In this document: positions 8,018 through 17,864 of the stretch, in pieces
Layout: each line of letters starts with the position of its first letter
Numbering within the stretch: the first letter of the stretch is position 1
Source of the DNA: an uncultured bacterium
GTDB taxonomy: Bacteria; Verrucomicrobiota; Kiritimatiellia; PWTM01
Length of the DNA stretch: 64,000 nucleotides
Direction of reading: 5' to 3'
Assembly (NCBI GenBank): GCA_938005705.1
Contig: CALLML010000059.1
Location: forward strand, 931-64,930
Notes under the pieces: model-generated
Told to the model about the DNA's origin: nothing
What the model saw: only the letters and a program-made list of their open reading frames with translations
The model's database searches: none
Program-made: the position numbers and the translations under genes

Positions 8018-10026
8018 TTTTTCTGCAGCCCTGGATGCTGTGGGGGTTGTCGGCGGCCGGAGTCCCGATTCTCATTCACCTACTCAACCGCCTTCGCTAC
8101 CGCACGGTTCGCTGGGGCGCGATGGTGTTTCTTCGTAAAGTCACGCGCAGCGCGATGCGCCGATCGCGTCTCCGGCATTATCTGATTCTCGCGTGTCGCG
8201 CACTGGCGATGGCGATGATCGCCATGGCCATGACGCGGCCAATGATCGGCGGGCGGCTGGGCGCAGGACTGGCCGGTGCGCCCGACGCCGTGTTGATTCT
8301 GCTGGATCGTTCCGCCAGCATGGAGCGCACCGATCCTACCCTCGGCGCCAGTCGCCGCGCTCACGGCTTGGCGCTTCTGGCGCGGATGCCACCCGAAGCC
8401 GTGCGCGGGAGCCGATTAGTCCTTATCGAATCCGCTTCGCCCGAACCCATGGAATTCGCATCATTAAGTGCGCTGCCGGCATTGACGCGCACGGGGCCGT
8501 CGGATACCGCCGCCGACCTCCCCGCCATGTTCAAAGCGGCTCTGGCGTGGATGGACAACAACCGCCCCGGACGAGCCGAAATTTGGGTCGTGAACGATGG
8601 CCAGGCCTCGAATTGGCGACCCGACGGGCCGATCTGGTCGGGGATAGCTGCGCGTCTGTCTGCCCGTGCGCCTGCGGTGCGGGTCAAACTGTTGCTGATC
8701 CAAGGGCGTGCGGGAGAGAATTTGGCGATCCAGCCGATGGAATTGCGCCGCCTGCCGAGCCCTGCCGGCGAATATGAGCTGCTCGTGCGGTTGCGTCGGC
8801 CGGGCGCTGGCGCCGAGCCGGTGGGAGCCGTCCGTGTGCTCAACGGCGAACGCACGCTATGGCCGTTGATGTCGGAAACACCCGAGACGGATCACGTGTT
8901 GCGCCTCCCTTCTCCCGGCGACAGTGTCAGGTGGGGATGGATTGAACTGCCAGCCGACGAAAATACGCGCGACAATGCCGCATACTTCGTCTATGGCCTT
9001 GGACCGGTCGGGCTGGTTTGGGCGCACACCCAGAATGAGGCGGTTTTTCATCGTGTGCGCGCGGCGCTGCCTTCGCCGCCTGGAGCTCCGGCGGCGGTCC
9101 GCCCATGGCCGACGGATGGCGCGGCGCCCGATCTGACCGATGCCAGCCTCGTGGTGTGGCAGGGCGCGCCTCCCGAAGGCGCAACTGCCGCCGCCCTGGA
9201 CGCCTTTGTGCAAAGTGGCGGCGTATTGCTGGGAATGCCCGATGAGGAGACCGCCGATGAAACGCTTCCGGCGGACCCGCCCGCCTTGTGGCAGTGGCGT
9301 GCCGTGGAGACGGCCGACAGCGAGCGCCCCTTCCGAGTGTCCCGCTGGGAATCGCTGGCGGGGCCGCTAGCACGCGCTGCGGACGGCCAACCGTTGCCGA
9401 TCGCCGAGGCCGTTGTCCCACGCCGCCGGCTTCCGGTGTTTTTCAAAGATCGCGAACCGATTCCGCTGGCGGTCTTCTCTGACGGCGAACCGCTTTTACT
9501 GCGGCTGGACCACGGCGCAGGCCGCATCTACGTGTTGGCGACGTTGCCCGCGCCATCGTGGTCTGGTTGGGACGATGGCCGTATTTGGGTGCCTTTGCTT
9601 TGGCGTCTGCGTGAAGAGGGAGCGCGGCGGATTAGCGAAATTTGCATGTCCCGCTGCGGCGACCCGTTGCCCGGCGATCCCGAGACGGTCTGGGAGACAG
9701 TGGGCGCAGAGGAGCTGCGCGATCCTCGCGTCCATGCCGGCATTTATCGCCATGGCGCGCGATGGGTCGCTCGCAATCGGCCCGCCGAGGAGGATTTGCC
9801 CGAGGAACTGACGGCAGAGGATATCCGCTCCCTGTTGCCCGGCGTACCCGTTCATGCGCAGAGCGATCCCGTCGGGCGCCAGGATCTGTACAGCGAAGCC
9901 GCCTTGTCTTTTCTGGTGCTGGCGGCGGTGTTCCTGTTGACGGAAGCCGCGCTGGCGCTGCGTGATTTCAATGGCTTCATGCGCGGCACCCCGCGCATCG
10001 GCGAGCCGAGGAGCGCAACCGAATGA
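8014..10026 (+). CDS. BatA-N (aerotolerance-regulator N-terminal, double-TM) domain protein
   Basis: 670 aa. N-terminus MIFLQPWMLWGLSAAGVPILIHLLNR is typical of the N-terminal double-transmembrane domain. DxSxS-like LLDRSASM. C-terminal TM. ATGA overlap with DUF58. Confidence 0.82.
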   Translation: MIFLQPWMLWGLSAAGVPILIHLLNRLRYRTVRWGAMVFLRKVTRSAMRRSRLRHYLILACRALAMAMIAMAMTRPMIGGRLGAGLAGAPDAVLILLDRSASMERTDPTLGASRRAHGLALLARMPPEAVRGSRLVLIESASPEPMEFASLSALPALTRTGPSDTAADLPAMFKAALAWMDNNRPGRAEIWVVNDGQASNWRPDGPIWSGIAARLSARAPAVRVKLLLIQGRAGENLAIQPMELRRLPSPAGEYELLVRLRRPGAGAEPVGAVRVLNGERTLWPLMSETPETDHVLRLPSPGDSVRWGWIELPADENTRDNAAYFVYGLGPVGLVWAHTQNEAVFHRVRAALPSPPGAPAAVRPWPTDGAAPDLTDASLVVWQGAPPEGATAAALDAFVQSGGVLLGMPDEETADETLPADPPALWQWRAVETADSERPFRVSRWESLAGPLARAADGQPLPIAEAVVPRRRLPVFFKDREPIPLAVFSDGEPLLLRLDHGAGRIYVLATLPAPSWSGWDDGRIWVPLLWRLREEGARRISEICMSRCGDPLPGDPETVWETVGAEELRDPRVHAGIYRHGARWVARNRPAEEDLPEELTAEDIRSLLPGVPVHAQSDPVGRQDLYSEAALSFLVLAAVFLLTEAALALRDFNGFMRGTPRIGEPRSATE

Positions 10027-12221
10027 ACGGCTTCTGGACATTCGTTTTTTCGCCCTTGCGCATCACGCTGGCCGCCGCACTGCTTCTTGTGACGGCGATG
10101 TTTTCGTGGCATCAATACCGACGCGGTGGACGACGTCGCGCGGAGGCCGTGGTCGAGATGCTCCGGCTTCTCGCTGCCGCCTTTCTCGCCTTCACGTTGT
10201 TCAAACCTGAACGCGTGCGTCGACTGCATGAAACGGAACGACCGGAGGTGGTCGTCCTCTTCGATCGCTCCGCCAGCATGGCCACGCGCGACATGACGCA
10301 GCCCGGCGGTGACGTGCAGTCGCGAGCGGATTGGCTAGAAGCCCTGCGCGCCCCCGAGCATCCGGTTTGGTCGCTATTGGAATCTCGATATCGACTGCGT
10401 TTCGAGGAATTTCCCGCCTCGCCGGATAAAGACTCTCTTGCCGACGTAGGCACTGACCTCCATGAGCCGCTGCACCGTCTCGCGCGCGAAGGTGCTGCGC
10501 CCCGCGCCGTGTTGTTGTTCAGTGACGGCGACTGGAATGTCGGGCCGCCGCCGGTCCTTGCCGCGACTCGTCTGCAGGCGCTCGACGTGCCGGTTTTCAC
10601 CGTCGCAATCGGCGAGGACCGACCGCTGCCTGATATCGAGCTGACCGGTTTGCGCGCGCCCGCTTATGCGTTGGCGGATGAATTCATCAATATCCCTTTC
10701 ACCGCGCGCAGTTTTTTGCCGGAACCGACTTCTGTGAATGTGGTGTTGTTGGAGGCTGGCATCGAACGCGCGCGGCGCGCCGTCACGCTGCCGGCAATGG
10801 CGCAGTTTTCGTCGGCCATCGGTTTTGCTCCGACGCAGGAGGGAGATCGTATCTTCAGCGTGCGGATCATGCCGGCGGCTGGCGAGGCGCGCACGGACAA
10901 CAACGAACAGGCCTTTCGAATGGCTGTGCGGCGAGAAATCATCCGTGTGCTGATTATCGAGACGGAACCACGATGGGAATACCGCTACTTGCGCAATGCC
11001 GCAGTGCGGGATCACGGCGTCGAGGTCCACACCCTATTGTTGCACCCCTATCTGCGACCGGGCGGCGGTCTCGGCTATTTGCCTTCCTTCCCGCGCACGC
11101 GCGAAGAGCTTTCGCGTTATGATGTAATCTTTCTCGGCGATGTCGGTCTGGGCCCCGGCGGACTGACGGAGGAGCAGGCGCAATGGTTGCGCGACGTGGT
11201 GGAATCGCAGGCGAGCGGACTGGTATTTCTTCCGGGCGTGTCTGGTCGCTGGATATCGCTGGCGACCGGCCCCCTGATGCCGCTGCTGCCGGTGGACATC
11301 GAGGACGGACGCCCAAACGGGCATGGCCTCATGGTTGAGGCTCGCCTCCAGCTCACCGCGCGCGGCCGCGACCATCTGCTGACCATGCTGGCGCCCTCAC
11401 CGGAGCAGAACGCCCGTATATGGGCGGGTCTGCCGGGCTTCTTCTGGTATGCCCCCGTCATGCGAGCCAAGCCCGGGGCCGACATTCTGGCGGTCCATGC
11501 TCAGGTCCGCAACGAACACGGCCGAATCCCACTGCTGGTTACCTCGGCCTTCGGCAGCGGCAAGACGCTTTTTATGGGCATAGACTCCGCCTGGCGATGG
11601 CGCCGCGGCGTCGAAGACCTGTATCACTATCGTTTCTGGAGCCAGGTTTTTCGCTGGATGGCGCACCAGCGCCGGATGGCCCACGCCGAAGGGCTGCGCT
11701 TCTTTTACACCCCCGAGTCCCCGACACGAGGCGATCGCCTCGTGGTGCAGGCCACGCCGCTGGACGCATCCGGATTTCCGATGCCATCGGCGACTGTCGA
11801 GGCCCGTCTTTTCGCGCCCTCAGGCGCGGAAACGCGATTCACATTGCGTCCGGTGGAGGGGGCGTGGGCTGCGTATCAGGGAGGGGCGGAGCTTAGGGAG
11901 GGCGGAGAGTTTAAACTTGAAGTCCGCTGTCGCGAGACCGATCGTAAGGTCGAGACGCGAATATTGGTTTCAGCACCGTCGGTCGAACAGATCGGTCGGC
12001 CCGCGCGCCCGGAAGTGCTGCGGGAAATCGCCGCCGTCACCGGCGGCCGATTCGGTCGGGCCGACCAACTCGACGAAGTCGTGGAAGCGCTGCGCGCCCT
12101 GCCGCCGCCCACGCCTCGCCATGCCGTCCTTCGTTGGTGGTGCCATCCGGTCTGGCTGGCGATCCTCGCGCTGATTTGGGGTGTATATTGGATGGGACGA
12201 AAAGGACTGGGACGGGTATGA
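10023..12221 (+). CDS. VWA-domain membrane protein, possibly with a GATase1-like central domain
   Basis: 732 aa. MIDAS-like VVVLFDRSASMATRD. N- and C-terminal TM segments. ATGA overlap with the upstream gene. Confidence 0.8.
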   Translation: MNGFWTFVFSPLRITLAAALLLVTAMFSWHQYRRGGRRRAEAVVEMLRLLAAAFLAFTLFKPERVRRLHETERPEVVVLFDRSASMATRDMTQPGGDVQSRADWLEALRAPEHPVWSLLESRYRLRFEEFPASPDKDSLADVGTDLHEPLHRLAREGAAPRAVLLFSDGDWNVGPPPVLAATRLQALDVPVFTVAIGEDRPLPDIELTGLRAPAYALADEFINIPFTARSFLPEPTSVNVVLLEAGIERARRAVTLPAMAQFSSAIGFAPTQEGDRIFSVRIMPAAGEARTDNNEQAFRMAVRREIIRVLIIETEPRWEYRYLRNAAVRDHGVEVHTLLLHPYLRPGGGLGYLPSFPRTREELSRYDVIFLGDVGLGPGGLTEEQAQWLRDVVESQASGLVFLPGVSGRWISLATGPLMPLLPVDIEDGRPNGHGLMVEARLQLTARGRDHLLTMLAPSPEQNARIWAGLPGFFWYAPVMRAKPGADILAVHAQVRNEHGRIPLLVTSAFGSGKTLFMGIDSAWRWRRGVEDLYHYRFWSQVFRWMAHQRRMAHAEGLRFFYTPESPTRGDRLVVQATPLDASGFPMPSATVEARLFAPSGAETRFTLRPVEGAWAAYQGGAELREGGEFKLEVRCRETDRKVETRILVSAPSVEQIGRPARPEVLREIAAVTGGRFGRADQLDEVVEALRALPPPTPRHAVLRWWCHPVWLAILALIWGVYWMGRKGLGRV

Positions 12222-15200
12222 AGACGATAGAAAGAATGCCCGAAGATTTGTCGCAAAAACTGCGCGCCTTTGAACGACGCCTGCGCGTTATTGAGACACT
12301 GGTCGCCGTGCTCGCCGGCCTTACGGGTTTGCTTGGCGCCCTCGCACTGCTGGCCCTGCTCGATCGGTTTGTGGATACGCCTCCGCTTTTGCGCGTCCTG
12401 TTGGCCGTCATGAGCGGCGCCGCAGTGTCGTTCTCGGCGGTTTGGTGGGCGCGCCACTGGTGGTGGAGACGCCGCAACGTGCGCGAGCTCGCTCGGCTTG
12501 TGCAGCGTCGTTACCCGCGTCTCGGCGACCGGCTGCTGGGGGCTGTGGAGCTCTCCGAGTCCGATATGGAGGCCGTCGGCGCCTCTCCGGCGCTTGTGCG
12601 CGCCGCACTTCGGCAGGTCGCCGAGGAATCGCGCGCGTACAATTTCCGCGAGGCCGCCCCGAAACGCGCGGTCCGCCGTTACGCCGTCGTACTGGCGGTT
12701 CTGGCGGCGCTGCTGATGATCGGTTTGATTGTCGCGCCCGAGGCATTGCTGTTCAGCGCGCGGCGTTGGCTGCGGCCGACAGCACCGCTGCAACGCTACA
12801 CCTTTACACGCATCAGCGATCTGCCCGAGGCGCTAATCGTGCCGCGCGGCGAGCCCTTCGAACTGACCTGTGGCATTGATCCGGGCTCGCGTTGGCGCCC
12901 AACTCGCGGTGTCGCGCGCATTGGCGACCAGCCGCCCGTGCGTGCCACGGTGCAGAACCATACAGTGCGATTTTCATTTCCCGGCCAGACCGCTGAAGCG
13001 ACACTGGCCCTCCGCATCGGAGACGATCGACGTCGCATTCTGGTGCGCCCGCTGCAGCGGCCCGAACTAGCCGAAATGATGGCGCGCATTGAATGGCCGG
13101 ATTATCTGCGCCGCGAACCTGAATGGCGCCGCATTGAGGGTGGCCGTCTTTCCATATTGTCAGAGGCGCGTTTGTCCTTTCAGGGGCGAATTGCCCGCCG
13201 TATCACCGCCGCACGCGTAGGCCCCGAAACCGCCGGCGGCTCTGAAGCGATAGAGGTGAACGACTCGGAGTTTGCCACCACCGCGCGCCCCGCCGCCGAG
13301 TGGGCGGCCCGTTATGCCGGCGCGACCGACAATACAGCGGCCTTGTTCTTTGAGTGGGTGGATGAGCACCAGCTTTCCAATGCCCGACCCTACCGCTTGG
13401 ATTTGTCGCTGCAGTCTGACGTGGCCCCGATGCTCGAGGTCGAGGGCATCCGGGGCGCCGTGGCGGTCCTGCCCGATGAAGTGCTCACGCTGACCGTGCG
13501 CGGCCGCGATGATTTCGGACTCGCCGCCATAGGCTGGGAATGGCGCGTGGACGATTCCGAAGTCGAATTGAGCGCCTCATATCCCAAAAACGTGGAGCGC
13601 CGTGCGGTCTCGGAGGACGCGAGTGGAACCGCGCGCTCGCTGGAAGGGATCTGGAGGCTTTCCCCCCGCCTGCTGGAAACCGGCACCGGACGCGTGGTGA
13701 CGCTGTGGGCTTGGGCGAGCGATCACCGACCGGGTCGTGAACCGACACGGGTCGGCCCTTTCCGGGTTTTTGTCCTGGCGCCGGAGGAGCACGCACGAAT
13801 GGTCCGGCAAATGATGGATCAGCTTTCCACCCGCCTCGAAGAATTGCTGCGCGGCGAGGAGATGCAGATCGCTGAGAGCGACGCGTTGCGATCACTGGAT
13901 GATGAGGCACTTTCGCACTCTTCCGCCGCTGCTGCCATGGAGCGATCTGAACAGTCGGAACGCGCCAATGAGTCCAGTGCCCGCCAATTAGCGGAGGATA
14001 TGGAGAAGCTCTTGAAGGAGGCGCTGCGTAATCCGCAAATTAGCGCCGATGAATTGCAACCGTGGACCGCCGCGGAAATGGCATTGCGTTCCGAGGTCGC
14101 CGAAGCTATGGCGCGTGCCGCCGCTGCGATGGCGAAAGCTGCTGCCGCATCCGCATCCGCATCCGCATCCGCTTCCTCCTCCTCGTCCTCCGAGAGTCGC
14201 GAACACCTGGCCGAGGCCAACGCTGCTCAGCGAGAGGCGGCCGAAGCACTGCGGCGCACGTCGCAGCAGACGGAGCGGCAGATGGAAAACGCCCTGGCGC
14301 GGAGTTTCGTCAATCGTCTGAAGGAAGTGGCGCGTGTCGAACGAGAAGTGGCTGTCGGTTGGGGCAGGGTATTGTCGGCGGTCGTCGGTTTGATGCCGGA
14401 GCAAGTAACTGCGCCCCAGCGGGTGCGGCTGAACGAGTTGCGGAGAGAACATGACAGGGCACAGCGCGAAACGACGTATATTCGTAATGATCTCGGTGCC
14501 TTCTTCAATCGGACGCGGCGTCCGATCTTCGGAGAAGTGTACGAAAAAATGAGGGAACCCGATGTATTGCAGGATTTCGCCGAGATCGCCGCTCTCGGTG
14601 ATCGTATTCATCTTGGTCGCGGGATCGGAACTCTGGAAGCTTTGGCCGATCGCTTTGAAAAGTGGGCGAAGATGCTGGAACCGGAAAATGACAGGGAGGG
14701 AGGAGGAAGTGGTGGTGGCGGCGGCGGAGAAGGGGGGCTCGAACCGGAAGTCCTGTTGGGTATGATGCGCGCGCGCGTCGTTCAGGAAATGTTGCGGGAA
14801 CAGACCCGCGCCGCCGACGAGGCGGACGATCATGCGGACGCCGAGCGCGCCGCGCGGGCGGTAGGAGAGCGCCAGCAAGGGCTTTCCAAGGAGTTTCGCG
14901 ACTTGTCTGCAAAAACCCGGAACGCGATGGCTGCCGTTTTTCTAAAACAGCTAGCTGGGTTATCCGACGAGGCGCATGAACGCGTCATTCGCCCGGACAC
15001 GGGGAGCGAAACCGTTGCTGTGCAGACGGAAATCATCGAGGCCATCGCGGCCGCAATGCAAGGCCAGGGCGGTGGAGGGAGGGGCGGATCGTCGGGAGAC
15101 GCATCCGCATCCCAACAGACGGCTATGAGCATGGGAAGCGGGGTAGGGTCCTGGGGGGGGGGCAGTATGGCCGGCGGCGATACCGCAGGGGTGAAACAGC

Positions 15201-15334
15201 ATGGCGGGCCGGGCTCGGGCGACCTCGAGGCGCGGGAGGTCTCCCGCGGAAGCCGTCCTGACGTCTCCACCTGGCCAATGGAGTATCGAGACGCCATTCA
15301 AGCCTACTACGAGGCTGTGGAGGGGCGACTATGA
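12218..15334 (+). CDS. large membrane-anchored coiled-coil / low-complexity protein, DUF4175-like
   Basis: 1038 aa from the ATG at 12218 (ATGA overlap with the upstream stop). N-terminal TM helices, a long Ala/Glu-rich helical region, (AS)n, poly-Ser and Gly-rich tracts, C-terminal EYRDAIQAYYEAV. Confidence 0.8.
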   Translation: MKTIERMPEDLSQKLRAFERRLRVIETLVAVLAGLTGLLGALALLALLDRFVDTPPLLRVLLAVMSGAAVSFSAVWWARHWWWRRRNVRELARLVQRRYPRLGDRLLGAVELSESDMEAVGASPALVRAALRQVAEESRAYNFREAAPKRAVRRYAVVLAVLAALLMIGLIVAPEALLFSARRWLRPTAPLQRYTFTRISDLPEALIVPRGEPFELTCGIDPGSRWRPTRGVARIGDQPPVRATVQNHTVRFSFPGQTAEATLALRIGDDRRRILVRPLQRPELAEMMARIEWPDYLRREPEWRRIEGGRLSILSEARLSFQGRIARRITAARVGPETAGGSEAIEVNDSEFATTARPAAEWAARYAGATDNTAALFFEWVDEHQLSNARPYRLDLSLQSDVAPMLEVEGIRGAVAVLPDEVLTLTVRGRDDFGLAAIGWEWRVDDSEVELSASYPKNVERRAVSEDASGTARSLEGIWRLSPRLLETGTGRVVTLWAWASDHRPGREPTRVGPFRVFVLAPEEHARMVRQMMDQLSTRLEELLRGEEMQIAESDALRSLDDEALSHSSAAAAMERSEQSERANESSARQLAEDMEKLLKEALRNPQISADELQPWTAAEMALRSEVAEAMARAAAAMAKAAAASASASASASSSSSSESREHLAEANAAQREAAEALRRTSQQTERQMENALARSFVNRLKEVARVEREVAVGWGRVLSAVVGLMPEQVTAPQRVRLNELRREHDRAQRETTYIRNDLGAFFNRTRRPIFGEVYEKMREPDVLQDFAEIAALGDRIHLGRGIGTLEALADRFEKWAKMLEPENDREGGGSGGGGGGEGGLEPEVLLGMMRARVVQEMLREQTRAADEADDHADAERAARAVGERQQGLSKEFRDLSAKTRNAMAAVFLKQLAGLSDEAHERVIRPDTGSETVAVQTEIIEAIAAAMQGQGGGGRGGSSGDASASQQTAMSMGSGVGSWGGGSMAGGDTAGVKQHGGPGSGDLEAREVSRGSRPDVSTWPMEYRDAIQAYYEAVEGRL

Positions 15335-16374
15335 TGCGCGGAGGGTTCCGAAAAGGCAGAAAGGGGCTCTCACGGACCGCGGCGATCGGCGTGTTTGCGC
15401 TAGGAGCCCTTGCCGCTCAAGGCCAGGGGCCATTTGTGTTGGCGGAGGGATTCATTGGCGAGGAAGTGCCGCCGGAAATCGAGCGCAGCTATGAGCGGGG
15501 CCTGAGATATCTTATGTCGCGACAAGGAGCCGACGGCGGTTGGAAGGACGCCGGGGCAGGGCAGGCAGGCCCGGGGGTGGATGGTTTGTGCCTGCTGGCC
15601 TTCGCGGCATCAGGCACCGATCTGCGCTTCGGCCCCTATGCCTTGACGGTCAGGCGCGGCCTTCAGGCAGTTCTGGCGCAACAGAATGCTGACGGATATT
15701 TCGGCCCCTCGATGTATCATCACGGTTTTGCCACCCTGGCCCTCGCCGAACTCTATGGCATGGTGGATGAGCCGAGGATCGGGCCAGCGCTTGAACGTGC
15801 CGTCAATGTGATCCTCGATGCGCAGAAAAAATCGCAGCAGAAGGCTTGGCGGTATTCGCCGCAAAACCATGATGCGGATGCCACCGTCAGCGGCGCCCAG
15901 ATGGTCGCCCTCTTCGCGGCGCGCAACGCCGGTTTGACGGTGCCGGATTATGCCATCAACGACGGGCTCGAGTTCTATCGGCGCGTCCAGGGCGCGGATG
16001 GAGGCATTGGTTACACCGGCCCCGACGGCGGCTCGCCACCTCGCAACGCCATCGGCGTCGTGGTCGCCAGTCTCGCCAATCAGAAAAACACCCGGCTCTT
16101 TCAGGGAGCGTGGTCGCGTCTCGTTGCGCAAAGCGAGGACCCGCAGGTTCAACAGTATTATTTCTTTTATTACCTGTATTATGCCGCTCAGGCGTATTTT
16201 CGAGCCGACATGAAAGCGTGGCGGGCGTGGAATCGCACTATCTCCGCCGCACTCATTGCTGCGCAAAACGCCCAGGGGGGATGGGACGGACACAACGGGT
16301 CTGCCTTTTGTACAGCGGCCTCCCTTTTGACGATGGCGCTTAACTACCGCTATTTACCGATCTATGAACGCTGA
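15331..16374 (+). CDS. secreted prenyltransferase / terpene-cyclase-like alpha-alpha toroid repeat protein
   Basis: 347 aa. Signal-like N-terminus. Recurring QxxDGGW-type repeats (RQGADGGWKD, QQNADGYFG, VQGADGGIGY, AQNAQGGWDG). ATGA overlap with the upstream gene. Confidence 0.8.
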   Translation: MMRGGFRKGRKGLSRTAAIGVFALGALAAQGQGPFVLAEGFIGEEVPPEIERSYERGLRYLMSRQGADGGWKDAGAGQAGPGVDGLCLLAFAASGTDLRFGPYALTVRRGLQAVLAQQNADGYFGPSMYHHGFATLALAELYGMVDEPRIGPALERAVNVILDAQKKSQQKAWRYSPQNHDADATVSGAQMVALFAARNAGLTVPDYAINDGLEFYRRVQGADGGIGYTGPDGGSPPRNAIGVVVASLANQKNTRLFQGAWSRLVAQSEDPQVQQYYFFYYLYYAAQAYFRADMKAWRAWNRTISAALIAAQNAQGGWDGHNGSAFCTAASLLTMALNYRYLPIYER

Positions 16375-16395
16375 TCATTCTTTCCGGAGTCTGTT

Positions 16396-17859
16396 GTGAA
16401 ACCATCTTGTGCCTTTGTTTTGCTCGCCTTGGCGCTGAATGTTTGCGCTGAGCTCGAAATCCAGTTGCCCACCGCGGCGGGGGAGAAAGGCCCTGCGCCG
16501 GCCTTCGCCGTTACGCCCGAAGTGGAGGACTACGGACTCCTCGAATTGAAAAATGGGGAACGGTTCAGAGTTCGGTTGGAAAATTACGACCCTGCCTCCG
16601 GCGTGCTGACGGCCCGCCATGCCCTGATCCGCGGCCCACTTCCGATCGAGGCCTCCGCGCTGTTGCGCTTCACGGCGCAACCGGCGCGGCCCGAGTTTTC
16701 CGATATCGTCGGATGGGTGGCGCAGATGGCGGACGGCGATTGCTTCTGTGGCGTGGAGGTGACGCTGGACGGCGACACGCTGCGACTCAAAACCGCCTAC
16801 AGCGGCCTCATGACGCTACCCCGCGCCCGATTGCGTTGGCTGACGTTCGGCAGCCCGCCATCCGTCATCTATCAAGGCCCGACGGCTGGCGAAGAGTGGA
16901 TTTCCAATCACCGCCGTCAAGTCCTTGAAGGCGCGTCTCTGTTTTTAGATAAGAACGAACGCATAGGCATGCTGTTGCCGGCCCTGCCTCGCAAGTCCCG
17001 TCTGGACTTCACCCTGATCGGCATTCCACACCAGGAGGCCCACGCCTGGTTCTATGTGAAAGGCGCGGACCTGCAAGACGAGGTACGGGATGATGCCTAT
17101 CGCCTGAGTTTTCGAGGCGGATTCGGAAACCAGCGTCTAGTTTTCAGCCGAATCGCGCGCGGCCGGGATGAACAGGAAATCGGCGCGGTGCCCAATCCCA
17201 TGGGCCAGAACTGGCAATTATTTATGAACGGCTTGCGCGTTTCTCTCTTCTTCAATCTGGACGAAAGACGCGTCTGGCTGCGGCTGAATGGAAAACAGAT
17301 CGCGGAATGGACGGACCCGCAGCCGATGGCCGATCCCCAGCGGGGCCTGGCTTTTTCAGCGGGTTCGCCGATGACGATTTCGGATATCCGCGTGCACCCA
17401 TGGGATGGCCGCCTCGAAACCATGGAGGAATACGACAGGGACGACGCGACCGATGTCGTGCTGCTGAAGAGTGGCGATCGGCTGGCGGGAGATGTTATTT
17501 CAATTGCGCAAGGCGCGGTGCGCATTCGCAGTCAGCTCGGCGAACTGACGATTCCTCTAGAGCAATTTCGTCAGTTCCGGTTTCGCACCACCCCCATCAC
17601 GACAGCGGCGGCTACGGATGCCGCGCAAGTACGTCTGCTGGACGGATCCTCTTTTCGTCTGCGCGAAATGCGGATTGAGAACGGTATGATTTCAGGACGC
17701 AACGACCATGCCGGCTCCATATCCCTTCCGCTGAAGGCCGCCATGAGGCTGGTGTGGTTGTGGTCCCAAGAAACAAGTCCAACGAGGGCGGAAGTCCCAT
17801 CCCGGCCTCATCTCAGAGCCGCGCCAAACGCATTACCCATGGCTGATGGAGCACAGTAA
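16396..17859 (+). CDS. secreted hypothetical protein, paralog 1 of 3 (four NGD-type modules + jelly-roll-like core)
   Basis: 487 aa. GTG start 6 nt after ggag. Signal peptide MKPSCAFVLLALALNVCA. Shares IYQGPTAGEEW, VHPWDGRL and LGELTIPLEQ landmarks with the next two genes. Confidence 0.85.
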   Translation: MKPSCAFVLLALALNVCAELEIQLPTAAGEKGPAPAFAVTPEVEDYGLLELKNGERFRVRLENYDPASGVLTARHALIRGPLPIEASALLRFTAQPARPEFSDIVGWVAQMADGDCFCGVEVTLDGDTLRLKTAYSGLMTLPRARLRWLTFGSPPSVIYQGPTAGEEWISNHRRQVLEGASLFLDKNERIGMLLPALPRKSRLDFTLIGIPHQEAHAWFYVKGADLQDEVRDDAYRLSFRGGFGNQRLVFSRIARGRDEQEIGAVPNPMGQNWQLFMNGLRVSLFFNLDERRVWLRLNGKQIAEWTDPQPMADPQRGLAFSAGSPMTISDIRVHPWDGRLETMEEYDRDDATDVVLLKSGDRLAGDVISIAQGAVRIRSQLGELTIPLEQFRQFRFRTTPITTAAATDAAQVRLLDGSSFRLREMRIENGMISGRNDHAGSISLPLKAAMRLVWLWSQETSPTRAEVPSRPHLRAAPNALPMADGAQ

Positions 17860-17864
17860 TAAAG

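Noticed and set aside
14147-14190. CRISPR-like or other array at the GCATCC repeat
   Set aside because: It is a 6-nt in-frame microsatellite inside a CDS with no spacers. It is not a CRISPR array.
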